A stretch of DNA of 64,000 nucleotides. Origin: a virus. Shown piece after piece: positions 54,680 to 64,000 of the stretch. Every line of letters begins with the position of its first letter. Positions within the stretch are counted from its first letter, which is position 1. A program made the translations under genes and the position numbers. The notes beneath the pieces are model-generated. The model ran no database searches. It saw nothing but the letters and a program-made list of their open reading frames with translations, and had not been told where the DNA came from. The DNA lies in IMG/VR virus record IMGVR_UViG_3300044511_000013, positions 8,438-72,437 of that record. One strand, written 5' to 3'.

Positions 54680-57340
54680 CTAGTGCAGCGATCCCAGTGC
54701 ACCACCGCTGCGCAGCTTCTCGATCCTCGATGCGTTCACGATGCGCTTGGCCGTCCTGGATTGTAGGTCAGCCAGGTCGGTGTAGGGAGCGTGCTGCGCC
54801 ACCTCCTCGGCCACCGCTCGGCCGATGCCGTCGATCGTGGTCAGGCCCTTGCGGATGGCCCGCCGCTGCCGGTCGATGGTCCACACCGGCCCCGACACGT
54901 TCACGTCGGCCTTGAGCAACCTGATGCCCGCCGCCCGTGCCGCCCGCATGTAGGCCACCTCCTTCTTGCTCCCCGCCGTGGTCGCCAACGCTGCCGTCCA
55001 GAACTCCAGCGGATGGTGAAAGCGGAACCAGGCCATCCGGTAGGCAAGCAACCCGTAGGCCGTGGCGTGGGCTCGGTTGAAGCCGTAGGCAGCGAACCCC
55101 TCGACACTGGCCCAGCCCAGCTCCCTCGACTCGGCGCTCATGCCGTAGGGCTGGCAGAGCTGATCGAACTCGGCCCGTGCCTGGCGGAACATGCACTCAC
55201 TGGTTGCGTTGCGGCCATGCTTGGAGTGCTTGACCTTGACGGCCTTGAGGATGCTGTTCAGCGTCTCGATGTCCATGCCCATGTCGGACATCGTGCTGAT
55301 GACTTGCTCCTGGAACACCGCCACCCCGTAGGTGCGGCGCATGTGCTTCTTGAACACCTCGTTGGGGTACACCACCGGCACCTTGCGGCCTCGCCGGGCC
55401 AGGAACAGGTCCTTGTACCCGGAGTCGATCGTCGCCGTCCGGTACAGCGCCATCACCAGGATGATGTCGTGGATGCTCTTGACCGCCAGCTCCTTGGCCC
55501 CGTTCCTCGCCGTGAAGCCTTCGAGCTGAAACACCCCCGTCGTGTCACCCGACCGCAGGCTCTTGAACACGTCCGGGTCATCGAGCGGAATCCAGTCGAG
55601 GTCGACGGCCTCGGTCTCAGGGACCCCCGGCGACCCCTTCGTCAGTTCGAGCACGAGCTTGAGGGTGCTCAGGCTGCGCAGGCCGAGCAAGTCGACCTTG
55701 ATGATCCCGGCGTCCTCCAGGTCGTCCATCGGTATCTGCGTCACGGTGCTGCCGCTGCTTGGGATGAGCATGGTCGGCACGTAATCCCGGTGCCGCAGTG
55801 TCGGTGCCCCGATCACGAACCCGGCAGCGTGCGCCCCGGCGCTCTTGCGCACCCGCATGGCGCTCAGCTTTTCGAGCAAGCGGGCCACGTCCGGGTCGAC
55901 CTGGCGCAGCTTGTGGATGTCGGTGGCCTTGCCGTAGTGCGACACGAAGTTCGGGTCGTTGCGCCTCGCCCAGCCGAGGAACTGCTGCAACACGCTGCCC
56001 TTGCCGTCGTCGTCGATCCCCAGCGTGGTGAACGTGCCGATCTGGTCGACCTCGTGGCGGTTGCTCAGCCAGGCCACGACATCGGCCCGACGCTCTTGCT
56101 CGATGTCCAGGTCGATGTCCGGTGGCTTCGAGCGGTCTCGGGTCAGGAAGCGCTCGAACAACAGCCCCCAGCGCAGCGGGTCCGCCTGGGTGATCCCCAG
56201 GCACCAGCACACCAGACTGCCGTTGGCGCTACCTCGGGCCATCACCAGGATGTTCTGCGCCCTCGCCCAGGTGACCATCTCGCCCACCAACAGGAAGTAG
56301 CTGGCGAACCCGGTGTCCTCGATGACGCTCAGCTCGCTCCTGAGCCGCTCCAGGTACCCGTCGGTGTCCCAGTGCCCCGAGGCCCGTAAGCCCGCCTCAG
56401 CGGCCTCTGTGAGGCTCTGGTGGGGCGTCTCGACCACCGCTGGCATGTGGAACTGGTAGCGGTCCAGGAACGGCAGGTCGAGTTGCCAGCACTCCAGCAC
56501 GAGCCGGTTGCCCTCCAGGCTCCGCTCGAACACGTCCTCGTCGTAGTGCTGCGCCACCCAGGCCGTGTCGGCGAGGTGATAGCTGTCCCCCGGAAACCCC
56601 ACGTCACCGGGGTCCGCCCCGTGGATCGCCAGCAGCTTCATCATGTCGTGGAGCGGCTTGTGTTGCTGATCGCAGTAGTGGGCGTCCTGGGTGATGACGA
56701 ACGGCCAGCCGTGCAGCTCGGCCAGGTGCACCAGCGCCTCGTTGACGAGCTGATCGGTCCAGCCGTCGCCGTGGTCGGTGCCGTGGTGCTGAAGCTCCAC
56801 CAGGAAGGTGTCGCCGAACCAGCTGGCGAGCATCGTCAGCGCCTGTTCGCAGGCCCGCTCACCGAGCGTGACGAGCTGTTGGATCGGGTAGCCGAAGTAG
56901 CAGCCCGAGGTGCACACGAGGTGATCGGTCAGCCCGGCCTCGTGCAGCTCCGCCAGGTCGCCGAAGTCCAGCCTCGGCTTGCGGTGGAAGCGGTCCCTCT
57001 TGTGGGCCAGGCTCGACAAGCGGACCAGTGTGCGGTAGCCGGTCTCGTCGAGGGCGAGGAGACCGAGGTGATACCGGCCGGTCTTGTTCTGCAAGTCGGG
57101 GACGACGTAGAACTCCTGGCCGGGGATCGGCATGATCCCGGCCTTGAGGCAGGCTCGGTAGAGCTGAAACGTGCCCGACAACACGCCGTGGTCGGTGAGC
57201 GCCAGCGCCGGTTGACCGTTCTTGGCCACCCGCTGGACCATCTCGTGGACCTTCGGCATCCCGTCGAGGACGCTGTATTCGCTATGGGCGTGGAGGTGGA
57301 ACCACTCCCCGGCCTTCAAGCCAGTGCTGCGTCCAGTCAT
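54680..57340 (-). CDS. dnaE: DNA polymerase III alpha subunit (DnaE-like, C-terminally short)
   Basis: HLHAHSEYS.LDG, TDHG, RGSA.GSLV, FERFL, PDIDLD, HAAG, K.D.LGL, G.FQLE, Y.FN.AHA.AY; ends after the HhH motif. Confidence 0.95.
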   Translation of the reverse strand: MTGRSTGLKAGEWFHLHAHSEYSVLDGMPKVHEMVQRVAKNGQPALALTDHGVLSGTFQLYRACLKAGIMPIPGQEFYVVPDLQNKTGRYHLGLLALDETGYRTLVRLSSLAHKRDRFHRKPRLDFGDLAELHEAGLTDHLVCTSGCYFGYPIQQLVTLGERACEQALTMLASWFGDTFLVELQHHGTDHGDGWTDQLVNEALVHLAELHGWPFVITQDAHYCDQQHKPLHDMMKLLAIHGADPGDVGFPGDSYHLADTAWVAQHYDEDVFERSLEGNRLVLECWQLDLPFLDRYQFHMPAVVETPHQSLTEAAEAGLRASGHWDTDGYLERLRSELSVIEDTGFASYFLLVGEMVTWARAQNILVMARGSANGSLVCWCLGITQADPLRWGLLFERFLTRDRSKPPDIDLDIEQERRADVVAWLSNRHEVDQIGTFTTLGIDDDGKGSVLQQFLGWARRNDPNFVSHYGKATDIHKLRQVDPDVARLLEKLSAMRVRKSAGAHAAGFVIGAPTLRHRDYVPTMLIPSSGSTVTQIPMDDLEDAGIIKVDLLGLRSLSTLKLVLELTKGSPGVPETEAVDLDWIPLDDPDVFKSLRSGDTTGVFQLEGFTARNGAKELAVKSIHDIILVMALYRTATIDSGYKDLFLARRGRKVPVVYPNEVFKKHMRRTYGVAVFQEQVISTMSDMGMDIETLNSILKAVKVKHSKHGRNATSECMFRQARAEFDQLCQPYGMSAESRELGWASVEGFAAYGFNRAHATAYGLLAYRMAWFRFHHPLEFWTAALATTAGSKKEVAYMRAARAAGIRLLKADVNVSGPVWTIDRQRRAIRKGLTTIDGIGRAVAEEVAQHAPYTDLADLQSRTAKRIVNASRIEKLRSGGALGSLH

Positions 57341-57761
57341 CGGTGCTGTTCTCCAAGAGTGCGTCCGCCAGCTCCGGTCGGAGCGGGAACGGTGCGAGCC
57401 AGTCGTAGGTCATCGTCTCCCGGCGCTCGGCGTCACGCAACTGCGCCGCCTCCATCCAGCGCCACAAGCCCTTGCGCCCGACGGCGTGCAGCGCCGACTT
57501 CGACAAGTGCTGAGGGCAGCGCACGATGATCTCGGCGTTGCGCCAGTTGATGACGGTCGGAGCCACGAGCCAGTCGTCAGCGTCCGGTTGTCCACCGGGG
57601 TAGGCGGGGTCGGACCCCACGATGGCGTAGAGGATGCGTGGGCAGCCCGAGATGCCGCAGATGTAAGCCGGTACCTCACCCCAGTCCTTCACGAGAATCC
57701 CCGGCCCCGGTGGGGAGACAAGCACCTTCTTGTCCACCCCACCTCGGCCAAGGAACTTCAT
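57282..57761 (-). CDS. Hypothetical protein
   Basis: 159 aa; C....C and C..H motifs. Confidence 0.5.
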   Translation of the reverse strand: MKFLGRGGVDKKVLVSPPGPGILVKDWGEVPAYICGISGCPRILYAIVGSDPAYPGGQPDADDWLVAPTVINWRNAEIIVRCPQHLSKSALHAVGRKGLWRWMEAAQLRDAERRETMTYDWLAPFPLRPELADALLENSTDDWTQHWLEGRGVVPPPRP

Positions 57762-57762
57762 C

Positions 57763-58749
57763 TCACTCGACGCCGAGGAGCGCCGTCACCAGTGCAGGCT
57801 TGCTGGCTCCCGCCACGCTGACACCGTTCTGCTTGGCCAGCACCCGCAACTCGTTGATGGGCATAGCCTTCAGCTCGGCCTCGGTGTAGAACTCGCTCAC
57901 CGCCTCGCCATCGGCGTCAGCCTTCGGCGGGAAGCCCTCGATGGCCTGAGCCAGCTCTGCCCACGTCCTGTAGCGGTCGGGGTCGATCCCCGCCGCCTCA
58001 GCCCGCTCGGTCAGGTAGTCCATGCTGGCCTCGTCGCCACCGTCACCGGCAGCGCCGTGCATCGTCAAGCTGATCTCGGCGTCGACATCGGACGGGGGCG
58101 CAGGTTCGTCGTCCTCGTCATCGTCGGCGTAGTCGTCGTCATCGTCGTCGCCGGGGTCGTCAGCCGGAAGCTCGAAGTCGGCCTCGACTTGCGCCGTTGC
58201 CTTCCTGACGCCAGCCGCCCGGCGAGCGCTCGGTGTCGTCACCGGACCAGGCTCCCGGTCCTCGGTCGCCGCCTCGACCAGCACGGCCAGCAAGTCGGGT
58301 ACCTCGTACTTGGCGAGGTTGCGCTGCATCGGCTTGAGCCCTTGAACCTCGTACTCGGTCTGAATGCCCTCGCCGAACCGGCTCAACTCGTAGTCCCGGT
58401 CGCAGACGGTGCCGAACCGCTCGAAGCGAGCGTCCAGCCGCTTGACGGCCGAGACGGGGAGGCGCAGGCAGATCACCCGGTCCTCCTCGATGTCGAGAGC
58501 CGCCGCCAGGAACCGGTTGCTCGTGCGCAGCTCCTTCGGTGCCACCTCGCCTTCGAGGAGCGGCCTCGGGAATGTGTTCGGCCCGCTGATCTCCTTGTAG
58601 GACACCCAGTCGTCCAACTCGGTCAGGAACCGGACGGTGATCCCTTCCTTGGGGATCGACCGGATGAAGTTGCCCGAGCTACGGGCCAACAGCCTCTGGA
58701 GTGCGGCTCGGGAGCCGACACGTCCACCTTGGATCGTCGGTGTGGTCAT
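57763..58749 (-). CDS. Putative ssDNA-binding protein (gp32-like) with acidic tail and Rho-N-like end
   Basis: VRFL.E...W; DRDY.+.R.G.G..T.Y; poly-Asp tract; L..M.+.EL+.LAK..G+....K..L+..L. Confidence 0.6.
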   Translation of the reverse strand: MTTPTIQGGRVGSRAALQRLLARSSGNFIRSIPKEGITVRFLTELDDWVSYKEISGPNTFPRPLLEGEVAPKELRTSNRFLAAALDIEEDRVICLRLPVSAVKRLDARFERFGTVCDRDYELSRFGEGIQTEYEVQGLKPMQRNLAKYEVPDLLAVLVEAATEDREPGPVTTPSARRAAGVRKATAQVEADFELPADDPGDDDDDDYADDDEDDEPAPPSDVDAEISLTMHGAAGDGGDEASMDYLTERAEAAGIDPDRYRTWAELAQAIEGFPPKADADGEAVSEFYTEAELKAMPINELRVLAKQNGVSVAGASKPALVTALLGVE

Positions 58750-58774
58750 GGTGATCCTTCCCCTTCCTTCGTGT

Positions 58775-58981
58775 TCACTCGCTCGACCAGTCGGCGACCA
58801 GTGCCTCCAGGCCAGCGTCCACGAGACCGCACAGTCTCGCCGTGGCCTGGTCGCCGGTCTCACCTTGTCGGACGCTGATCTTCGCCCCGTACCGAACCCA
58901 CTTGCCGGGTAGCTCGACGCTCACCGAGTACTCGATCTCGTCGCCCACCTGGAACTGCGGCTTGGGCTGCCTACTCGGCAT
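58775..58981 (-). CDS. Hypothetical protein
   Basis: 68-aa ORF in the gene-dense operon. Confidence 0.5.
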   Translation of the reverse strand: MPSRQPKPQFQVGDEIEYSVSVELPGKWVRYGAKISVRQGETGDQATARLCGLVDAGLEALVADWSSE

Positions 58982-59216
58982 CGACCGGCTCCTTCCTTCG
59001 CAGCGAGGCCAAGGGCACGAGCTTGAGGTGTTCAGCCCAGCTCCCCCACGGTCCCCGTTCGTAGTCCCAAGGCGTGAGCACGTAGGCCGACTGTCCGCTG
59101 ACCGTCAGCGCCACGAACCGCATCGCCTTCCGGCCCTTGTTGATGTAGACCTCATCGCCCCGCTGAAGACCCACCGCCTCTCTGAGTTGCATCGTCACTC
59201 GCTCCGCTTCCGCCAT
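58971..59216 (-). CDS. Hypothetical protein
   Basis: MAEAERVTMQL...; start uncertain. Confidence 0.4.
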   Translation of the reverse strand: MAEAERVTMQLREAVGLQRGDEVYINKGRKAMRFVALTVSGQSAYVLTPWDYERGPWGSWAEHLKLVPLASLRRKEPVDAE

Positions 59217-59536
59217 TGCTTCAGCGCCCTCACGTCGGCGAGCGTGTAGAAGTACACGACGACATCGCCCCGTGTGACTGCGAAGGTCGGTTGGGGTGCG
59301 GCGTCGTTGCGCCGCCAGTTTTTCATCGTGTTCCGGCACACGCCGACGAGCTGCGCTGCCTCCAGCGTGGTGAACACCTTGCCTCGGGTCGGCACGCTCT
59401 TGCGCATGGTCTCGGTGAAGCTGCCACCAGCGGGGAGCTTCACTGCCACCTTGGCCTCCACGTGCTCGGCTGTCTCGAACGCCTTCGTCGCCTGCACCGT
59501 CTTGGCGAGCTGCTTCAGCTCCTTGGTCGCCTTCAT
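59195..59536 (-). CDS. MerR/excisionase-like HTH DNA-binding protein
   Basis: FTT.EAA.LVGV..NT+K.W....P.P......Y+Y...DV. Confidence 0.65.
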   Translation of the reverse strand: MKATKELKQLAKTVQATKAFETAEHVEAKVAVKLPAGGSFTETMRKSVPTRGKVFTTLEAAQLVGVCRNTMKNWRRNDAAPQPTFAVTRGDVVVYFYTLADVRALKQWRKRSE

Positions 59537-59961
59537 GGTCCCTTCCTCTCTGAGGCCCCGCTGATCGTCGCCTTGACGTACGGGGCCTTGCTGATCTCAT
59601 CGGAGCACGCCGCTACGACGGTCGGTGCTACCTCGCCCATCGCCAGCGCCGCCTCCAGCTTGGCCGGATCGAATTGGAGCGAACACAGCTTGGCGTAGGC
59701 CGGTCCACCGATCGCCTTTTTCAGCTTGGCCGGGTCCACCTTGACGGTCGACCCCCGCACGATCGTGGCCCGCACCGTCATGCCGTCGACATCCAGCTCC
59801 AGCGTCTTGCGCTCGGGCTCGGCATCCCACTGCGCCAGCATGACCGACTTGGCCGGGGCTTCGAGGTCCTTGGCCTTGTCGAGTGCCCACTTCGTATGCA
59901 GCCAGGCCCTCGTCTTCTCAACGAGGGCCTCACTGTCGTTGTTCGCTCGCCTAGGAGGCAT
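59533..59961 (-). CDS. Hypothetical phage protein
   Basis: MPPRRANND...D..KL..A+..GE+; start reassigned. Confidence 0.55.
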   Translation of the reverse strand: MPPRRANNDSEALVEKTRAWLHTKWALDKAKDLEAPAKSVMLAQWDAEPERKTLELDVDGMTVRATIVRGSTVKVDPAKLKKAIGGPAYAKLCSLQFDPAKLEAALAMGEVAPTVVAACSDEISKAPYVKATISGASERKGP

Positions 59962-60124
59962 CTCGGGCCTCCCGTTCGGCCTCGGCCATGGCAGCCATCC
60001 GACGCCTGACATCAGCGTGCCAAGCCTCGACCAGTCTCGGCCACCACAGCCAGAGCAACGTGAGCCAACACACGACGGTGCCGATGATCGGCACCGTCAC
60101 GGTCAGCCCAGTGTGTCCGTCCAT
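59951..60124 (-). CDS. Small membrane protein (57 aa, not in ORF track)
   Basis: MDGHTGLTVTVPIIGTVVCWLTLLWLWWPR...; AAGGGGA RBS. Confidence 0.45.
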   Translation of the reverse strand: MDGHTGLTVTVPIIGTVVCWLTLLWLWWPRLVEAWHADVRRRMAAMAEAEREARDAS

Positions 60125-60136
60125 CCGGTCCCCTTC

Positions 60137-61993
60137 CTATTTGCCCTTGCCACGGATTTCGCTGCGCAGTGCCTTCGACACCAGGTCGGGCAGGTCGCTG
60201 ACCCGATCCAGGTCCAGCGCCCACGTGCAGTTGTGGGTGCCAAAGAAGTGCACTGCCTTGTCCAAGCCTACCAGGAGCACAACCACTCCGGCGTGCCGCA
60301 GCATTCCGATCAGAGCCTCGGACTCCCCGGCACCGTCCCAGCACCCGTCGGTCAGGATCACGACGAGCTTGATCCCGGCGTCGGACTTGGCCAACACCTG
60401 GTGCGTCTGCCGCAGTGCCAGGAGCGGGTTCGTCCCGCCACCCGGAGACGGCAGCTTCGCCATCCGGGGGTCAGCCCGCTCGGTGCGCTTGAACACCGAG
60501 CTGAAGACCCCGTGCTGGAACTGGAGCACGGTGCACGGTGCACCGACCAGATCGTGAGCACGCTTGATGGCCCACAGCGCCTCGCCAGTCGGCTTGCACG
60601 CTCGGTACATGGAGCTGCTGTAGTCGGCCAGCACGACGGTCTCGATCGACGTGGCGTCGTCGGCACCGTCATTCCAGCGGTCCCACAGGTCCCGGCCCGA
60701 ACCTTCCTGAGCGACGTAGCGGCGGACGTTGAGCTTGCCGCTTGAGGTGCGGCGCTTCCAGCCGGACTCGACCTGGCGACGTTCGTGCTCGATGACCCGG
60801 CGAATCCGGTTCGCCACTGCCACCAAGTGCGAGCCCACCGGCTGATCCTGGCGCTTGGCGTAGCCGACATCACCTCGGCCGACGCCACGCTCCTTGATGG
60901 CCTTGACCGCCTGACGCATCTCGCTGATCTCGTCGGCCTTGGCCTCGACCGCCTCGGCAACGTTGTTCTCGACCGCTGCCTTCAGGTCGTCCAGCGTGGG
61001 CGGGTCGGCACCGTCACCGTCACCGGCACCAGCACCGGCATCACCGTCCTTGGCCTCGCCATCGGCGGTCTCCCCGCCAGCACCCTCGCCCTCACCGTCG
61101 CCCTCGTCCTCCTGACGATCCTGGGCCAGCGCCTTGCCGACGCCCTTGGCTGCTTCGTCCTGTTCCTTTTCGGGAACCTGGTTCCCGGCCGGGCCGGTCA
61201 GGTCGTTGTGACCCCCGGCGTCCATCGGGTCGTCAACCTCGCCGATCAACTCGGCGTAGGTCGTGACCAGAGCCAGCGCCCGATCAACGTCCCGAGGAAG
61301 CACCAAGGTGACGTACTCGTCGCTGATGGCCTTGACCGCATCGGTCCACGGCCCGAACGCCTTGCCCGAGAGCCCGCCGTGGCGTGCTGCCCGCTCAACC
61401 AGGTCACGAACCTCGTGGCTGGCGGTGAGGCGGGAGCTGACCAGCGGCCAGGCCCGGCGCAACTGTCCCGAGCCAAGGTCGGGGTCGAGGCGACCGATGA
61501 TGCCCCGCTCGATGAGGACACGCAGGCCGTGCAGCATCGTGGGCCAGCGCTGGATGAGCAAGTTCTCGATGCGCTGATCTTCGAGCATGTTGAAGGCGGT
61601 GCGGTGGCTCGGGTTCGCCGCCAGCGCCTCACGGAGCTTCTTGGCCTTGGCGGACTGGCCGGTCGGCGTGAAGACGCAGTGACCGATCTCGTGGTCGACC
61701 AGCGCCTTGAGCACCAGAGTCGCCGCCGCACGGTCCTCCGGGTTGAACACCGCCTCGATGGCATCGTTGTCGATGTAGATGCCGATGCCGTTGGTCGCAG
61801 CCGGGGCTCCGCTCAGGTCGGCAGGCACCACCTCAATCGCCTTGGCGTAGCGCTTGTTCGACACGAGCAAGCGGGCCAGCACCGTCAAGTGCTGCGCCCA
61901 GGCACGGAACACTTGCTCCCGCTCGAACTTCGCCGCCTCGGCGAGCGCCAGAGCGGCGTCACCCTTCTCAATCGGGTGGGGCATGAGCTGCAT
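60137..61993 (-). CDS. vWA-domain protein with N-terminal HExxH domain (CobT-like)
   Basis: DHEIGH..FN.LED.RIE; acidic linker; SGKL; D.SSSM (MIDAS), GGT.P, ILTDG. Confidence 0.85.
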   Translation of the reverse strand: MQLMPHPIEKGDAALALAEAAKFEREQVFRAWAQHLTVLARLLVSNKRYAKAIEVVPADLSGAPAATNGIGIYIDNDAIEAVFNPEDRAAATLVLKALVDHEIGHCVFTPTGQSAKAKKLREALAANPSHRTAFNMLEDQRIENLLIQRWPTMLHGLRVLIERGIIGRLDPDLGSGQLRRAWPLVSSRLTASHEVRDLVERAARHGGLSGKAFGPWTDAVKAISDEYVTLVLPRDVDRALALVTTYAELIGEVDDPMDAGGHNDLTGPAGNQVPEKEQDEAAKGVGKALAQDRQEDEGDGEGEGAGGETADGEAKDGDAGAGAGDGDGADPPTLDDLKAAVENNVAEAVEAKADEISEMRQAVKAIKERGVGRGDVGYAKRQDQPVGSHLVAVANRIRRVIEHERRQVESGWKRRTSSGKLNVRRYVAQEGSGRDLWDRWNDGADDATSIETVVLADYSSSMYRACKPTGEALWAIKRAHDLVGAPCTVLQFQHGVFSSVFKRTERADPRMAKLPSPGGGTNPLLALRQTHQVLAKSDAGIKLVVILTDGCWDGAGESEALIGMLRHAGVVVLLVGLDKAVHFFGTHNCTWALDLDRVSDLPDLVSKALRSEIRGKGK

Positions 61994-62013
61994 GTCGGAA
62001 ACCTCCCTTCCAC

Positions 62014-62047
62014 AATGTACAACACCCCACCGAGGGTGTCTATTCCC
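62014..62047 (-). promoter_or_regulatory. Sigma70/SigA-like early promoter
   Basis: GGGAA-TAGACA-17 nt-TACATT upstream of the vWA gene. Confidence 0.65.
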
Positions 62048-62064
62048 TCGGCGGGGCGTCGGGG

Positions 62065-62988
62065 CTAGATGGTGGCGACCACCTCAAGACCGAACTCGGT
62101 CAGGATGCGGGTCTGTTCCTTGTTCAGGTACTCCCGGACCTTCGGGCGCTCATCGGCGTGGAACTGGTTCACGAAGTTGGTCACTGCGAACTTGTAACCG
62201 AAGTCGATGACGTTCTCCACGAACCGCTGGAGCTTGCGGGTGCTGACTGGGGTGATCAGGTCGCCCTCCCGGTAGGCCATGCGCAGCTTGTCAGCCACGT
62301 CCAGCAGAGCGTGCGCCGTGCGCCACTCGGCCTCGGCACCCTCGACCGCCACGAAGTCGAACCCGACGAGGCTCTCCTCGACCGAGCGGAGGTAGGGCCA
62401 GTCGACCGTGATCCCGCCGAGGCGGTCCTTGGTCGCCTCGTTGAGGGGCTGCGTCCCGGCGTAGTCCTCGTTCCAGGAGGCCGAGATGAGCGTCTCGGGG
62501 TGGCGGGGGATGATCTTGGTGCCACCGGCCACACCGTTGAGGATCAGGACCCCGTGGTCATCGAGGAGGCCGTGGAAGACGGCCATCATCTTGGGCGGGG
62601 CGAAGTTCACCTCGTCGAAGTCGATGAGCGCCCGGCCGTGTTCGATGGCCAGCGGGAGGAGGCCCGGCGTCCAGATGGTCTCGCCGTCGATAATCTCGGT
62701 GGTCCCGAACACGGTGTCCGGGTCGAAGCCGCCGTTGCACGGGATACGCACGTACGCCCAGCCTCGGGCTGCGCACCAGGCACGCTTGGCCATGGTCTTG
62801 CCAGCGCCGGTGTCGCCCACCGTGCTGATGTTGACCTGGTTGGCTGCGCAGTAGTCCAGCAAGTCGTAGAAGGCAACGCCCTCGATCGCTCGGTCGACAT
62901 AAGCCTGGTGGACCGCCACGCCGGGAATCTGCGCCGCCAGCGGGGCCGGGTAGTCGCCCGGCAACGTCACATCGGTCTTGCGCACCAT
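62065..62988 (-). CDS. MoxR/CbbQ/CobS-family AAA+ ATPase
   Basis: GDTGAGKT, DFDEVN, N..Y.GT..LN.A..DR, STR.L. Confidence 0.88.
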   Translation of the reverse strand: MVRKTDVTLPGDYPAPLAAQIPGVAVHQAYVDRAIEGVAFYDLLDYCAANQVNISTVGDTGAGKTMAKRAWCAARGWAYVRIPCNGGFDPDTVFGTTEIIDGETIWTPGLLPLAIEHGRALIDFDEVNFAPPKMMAVFHGLLDDHGVLILNGVAGGTKIIPRHPETLISASWNEDYAGTQPLNEATKDRLGGITVDWPYLRSVEESLVGFDFVAVEGAEAEWRTAHALLDVADKLRMAYREGDLITPVSTRKLQRFVENVIDFGYKFAVTNFVNQFHADERPKVREYLNKEQTRILTEFGLEVVATI

Positions 62989-63026
62989 GGTGATCCCCCA
63001 TTCCCCGAGGGCATTTCCCCCGGCAT

Positions 63027-63060
63027 CGTGTACAACACCCTAGCATGGCTGTCTATTCCC
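63027..63060 (-). promoter_or_regulatory. Sigma70/SigA-like early promoter (second copy)
   Basis: GGGAA-TAGACA-17 nt-TACACG; shares GGGTGTTGTACA with the 62014 copy. Confidence 0.65.
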
Positions 63061-63095
63061 AGCCTGTCTAACCTCGCTCGGTGCTTGTACACTAC

Positions 63096-63716
63096 CTAAC
63101 CGGTTGGGGTCCACGGTTGTTCCCGCCACTTGGGCCGTATGCCGGTGCCGTTAGGACGGATGACGTACTCGGTCGGCTCGATCGGCCCGTAGCCGAGCCG
63201 GTTGGCCAGCCACTCGACGGCCGGTTCGAGAGCGCTGTCCTCGCCCCGCTCCGAGTACCAGATGCGGTAGAGGTCCAGCCACAAGGGCAGCGGCATCAGC
63301 CGCATCTCCCTCACCCCGGCCAGGATCGGCACCCGCCTGCCGTGGGGTGACCACATGAGGGTGTTGAACACGCCACGGGCCTGGGGAATGGTCAGAGGCT
63401 CAGACGTTTGGTGAATGCGCTCTGCGATGTCCACCAGCCACGGGAGGTTCGCCTGGGTGTCCTCTGGCATCCCCGGAGCTTGGTACACCACTTGATGAGC
63501 GAGCTCCTCGGCGAACTTCACCACACGCTCTTGGTAAGGCGAGGCGTCGAGGGCGCTGTCCCGCATCAGCTTGGGAGGCTTCAACGGCCACCCGTCGGTC
63601 ATGATCGACCGGACAATGGCCAGGTCCATGATGAAGTACGGGAAGCTCACGCCGCCGACCCACATCGGCGTTTGCATCTCCTCCAGGAACCGGTTGGGCC
63701 ACTGCTGTATCGCCAT
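63096..63716 (-). CDS. Hypothetical early protein
   Basis: MAIQQWPNRF... ~206 aa; start uncertain. Confidence 0.55.
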   Translation of the reverse strand: MAIQQWPNRFLEEMQTPMWVGGVSFPYFIMDLAIVRSIMTDGWPLKPPKLMRDSALDASPYQERVVKFAEELAHQVVYQAPGMPEDTQANLPWLVDIAERIHQTSEPLTIPQARGVFNTLMWSPHGRRVPILAGVREMRLMPLPLWLDLYRIWYSERGEDSALEPAVEWLANRLGYGPIEPTEYVIRPNGTGIRPKWREQPWTPTG

Positions 63717-64000
63717 CTCGGCCACCCCCCTTTGCAATCCCCCCATATACAACTACATGAGTCAGGTATACAAGTAACACCGAGAATTCGGAAACATTCC
63801 TCCCGCTGCCCTTGGGCTAGAGGTAACCGGCCGGAGCGGATAGCGCAGGCCGGAACCTTAAGTGATCTGTGTAGGGGGGGTTGCAAGGGGGGGATCGGAG
63901 CGATCGGGGAGCCTAATCACACCCTCCAAATCGAGTGCAAGCCCAGGTCAACATACGAAGCGCAATTCCTGTATTGCCTGGTCCTTGTGGTGATCGCTCA

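Noticed and set aside
54680-57340. Intein or intron in DnaE, RecA or TerL
   Set aside because: Motifs are colinear at normal spacing; no intein C/S...HN signatures or homing endonuclease seen
59195-59536. HTH gene as evidence of an integration module
   Set aside because: No integrase, repressor pair or att site is visible in the window, so lifestyle cannot be determined

Overview
High-GC tailed-phage (siphovirus-like) genome segment. Essentially all genes lie on the minus strand, many coupled by ATGA/GTGA overlaps. WhiB-like and Rpf-like genes point to an actinobacterial host. In transcription order (64000 to 1): early genes (MoxR AAA + vWA pair with twin sigma70-type promoters, SSB-like protein, DnaE, RecA, Cas4-like/RuvC/Hjc-like nucleases, Rpf-like, WhiB, ParB-DUF4417-like); terminase; a fibre/Gly-rich block between terminase and portal; portal; a 12-kb head-morphogenesis block; scaffold, capsid and neck; two paralogous tail-tube genes; a -1 frameshifted tail chaperone; tape measure; and tail tip genes. 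The most striking signal is the head block (18833-31183). Seven consecutive genes carry ten copies of a 14-aa peptide, KG(D/E)xxGHPFRGNQ(Y/H). Most copies sit directly in front of an enzyme-like domain: two HExxH peptidases, a HipA/PI3K-like kinase, an ADP-ribosyltransferase, a zeta-toxin-like kinase and a ParB/Srx domain. Some of these are fused to MuF or to an XkdF-type prohead protease, and a second LRxRLL motif occurs at protein ends. This suggests a modular, tagged, capsid-packaged effector cassette (inference). No integrase, lysis cassette, tRNA or CRISPR array was seen. Family assignments come from motif recognition by eye, not from database searches.
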